From Paraspadella gotoi (taxonomy: Eukaryota; Animalia; Chaetognatha), in the NCBI GenBank assembly GCA_051294375.1, contig CM119265.1:13942124-14006123 (forward strand): DNA of 64,000 bases, read 5' to 3'. A program made the translations under genes and the position numbers. This document shows positions 62,219 to 64,000 of the stretch, one piece after another. Position 1 is the first letter of the stretch. Each line of letters starts with the position of its first letter. The notes beneath the pieces were generated by a model that was not told the DNA's origin, did no database searches, and saw only the letters and a list, made by a program, of their open reading frames with translations.

Positions 62219-64000
62219 TTAAAAATCCAGATTGATCTCATAAAAGTTTCCACCATTCGCTTCTGTCACTATATCAGCACTATCATGAGTAAAATAAATG
62301 ACGGGCACTTGGCCATCCAAACAGTAATACCGAATTTCATCGTTCAAATCTTCCTCCCTCATAACCTCCGGTTGAGATCGATCAAAAAACACAATAAGAG
62401 GAACCAAGCCTAACATCCACGAGTTGATCAATGTTTGCTCGATGTCCACCTCAATTTCGGATGTAACCATGATCACGCCCCTTTCTATCGGAGACGTTAG
62501 GAAAGTCGTCACCTGATCCTCACGCTGAACCCTGTCGGATTCCTCATGGGGAAAGACGAAGGTGAACCGAGAGTCGGGATTTGTTTGAGACGATCGCTCC
62601 GCTTGGTAAAAACTATCTTCTTCGCCGGCATTAGATGCCTGAAAAGCCTCGCGCAACCGTATCACAGACTCCCTGTTTCGCGAGATAACGAGCACACGAT
62701 GAAAGTTGAGCCGGTATATTAAGCGTCGCAGGCAGTTCGCTCTTTTCCCCCAGCTGGGTAGCGGCACAGTAAAGTTATGAAAAAGCCGCAAAGTTTTCCA
62801 TGGCAAAGGATCGACGCTATAGGGCATTGGCGGAAGAAACGACACTTGTGGTCGAAACATGGTCAAAGCAATGAATTTCGCGACGTCGTCGTCCAGGTCG
62901 AGACTGTCAGTGTCGGAGTTGTCAAGAGCCACCAATTGAGCATCGTGGTTGATCTCAGAGACGAACCGCAAAATCGTGGCGAGATTATTTTCAGCAGAAC
63001 CACCATTATTTTCGTCAGAGTAGTTTTCAGCGCAGAGACAACGGATTTCATCCAAAAGAAGGATTCTTATGGATGTAAGGAATCTCGACTCCAAGAAAGG
63101 TATTTCACTAGGCAAGGCAATTATGACCTGCGGCGACGCTTCCTTGTTACTTTTTGTTACGTGGGAGGCTGTGGAAGACGCTGAACGAAACTCCGAAGAA
63201 GTTGTAGAGACGGACATCGTGACGAACGTAGAGTTTGAAGACTCGGTTGCTAAGGAGGTCGCCGAAACATCGGCGGGAAGACGAGAGAAGTTCGTAGTCT
63301 TGGCCGGAGAGGCACCACCGGATGAGGCGGTTGAAGAGGAGCAAGATTCGGAGTTAGACTGGTAGAGAACGGGAGAAGAAACGACTTCGGAAGCAAAGGT
63401 GATCGATATGGGGCAAGATAACGCGTCAAGAACGCCACGATACTGCCTGGCGCGATCTTGGTTGGCTACTAAGACGACACCCTGCAGAGAAGGAAGGGAA
63501 CTTTCGATTGCATGAAGAAATGGTAACATCGGCAGAAAGGACGGAATTTCCGCGTCACTGCAGCAACCGATACCGACTAAATCTTCGCCTGCTAAAAAAT
63601 TAGTCAGGAAGCGTTTCTCGAAGGACGTGAAACCGGCGGGCCGTCTCCAGTGATAAGCAAAAGCGTCGCTCCAGTCAGCTTCAATCCCCAAGTCTTTCAG
63701 ATCCTGGTAGATCTGCTCGCTCTCCTCGCTTCTCATCACGAGCGGACGTGAGGAAGACTTTAACCTCTCTGCGAAGGAGTTGATTTTATCCTCAAACACC
63801 TTATCTAAGCAGTTTTGAGCGAGAATAGGCATAGTTGCCAACCAATGAGTTGCTAGTGACTTGTCAAAAACCTTCAGTTCAACCCAACTGTTAATGAATG
63901 CGGAAACATCTTTCACAATCCGAGAAGGATTCGAAGTATGTAGCTTAAACGTTTCCAAGATGGCGTCCATTGCAGCCTTTTGCGATTGAGTGGAAACGTT
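62219..64000 (-). CDS. Clean copy of the C-terminal part of the unknown TPR/degenerate DEAD-box protein; 5' part outside the window
   Basis: 583-aa uninterrupted ORF matching 50210-51965; 59730-64000 is the reverse complement of ~50180-54900. Confidence 0.8.
   Translation of the reverse strand, partial: NVSTQSQKAAMDAILETFKLHTSNPSRIVKDVSAFINSWVELKVFDKSLATHWLATMPILAQNCLDKVFEDKINSFAERLKSSSRPLVMRSEESEQIYQDLKDLGIEADWSDAFAYHWRRPAGFTSFEKRFLTNFLAGEDLVGIGCCSDAEIPSFLPMLPFLHAIESSLPSLQGVVLVANQDRARQYRGVLDALSCPISITFASEVVSSPVLYQSNSESCSSSTASSGGASPAKTTNFSRLPADVSATSLATESSNSTFVTMSVSTTSSEFRSASSTASHVTKSNKEASPQVIIALPSEIPFLESRFLTSIRILLLDEIRCLCAENYSDENNGGSAENNLATILRFVSEINHDAQLVALDNSDTDSLDLDDDVAKFIALTMFRPQVSFLPPMPYSVDPLPWKTLRLFHNFTVPLPSWGKRANCLRRLIYRLNFHRVLVISRNRESVIRLREAFQASNAGEEDSFYQAERSSQTNPDSRFTFVFPHEESDRVQREDQVTTFLTSPIERGVIMVTSEIEVDIEQTLINSWMLGLVPLIVFFDRSQPEVMREEDLNDEIRYYCLDGQVPVIYFTHDSADIVTEANGGNFYEINLDF

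Overview
Eukaryotic (animal-type) genomic DNA from a compact, gene-dense genome with GC-richer exons, AT-rich 55-90 nt introns, N-gaps and visible assembly artefacts. From 1 to 42.2 kb, 13 housekeeping genes lie head-to-tail on the minus strand. In transcription order they are CERK-like, ADRM1, RABGEF1, NTHL1, DCTN2, PEX5, DDX27, DNAJA3, POMGNT2, EIF1, ZPR1, GNE and GTF3C4; six stop-to-ATG spacers are only about 80-180 bp and some carry unpaired splice-acceptor-like sites. After the gap at 42.65 kb an indel-rich segment carries MSH2 (3' end), HSCB, CRPPA/ISPD, BOLA2, MPC2, CHMP3 and an unknown TPR + degenerate DEAD-box gene on the plus strand. That segment runs into a second copy of the CERK-like 5' end, so it is probably an inverted redundant copy and all ~20 genes are probably co-oriented, as in an operon-like cluster. 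Other notable items: a candidate TPR-pseudohelicase, a tail-anchored intronless CERK-like kinase, an antisense nested thioredoxin gene, Penelope-type remnants with hammerhead ribozymes, a candidate double-pseudoknot RNA, Tc1-type MITEs and a Helentron-type element. Gene names come from recognising motifs by eye; no searches were run.
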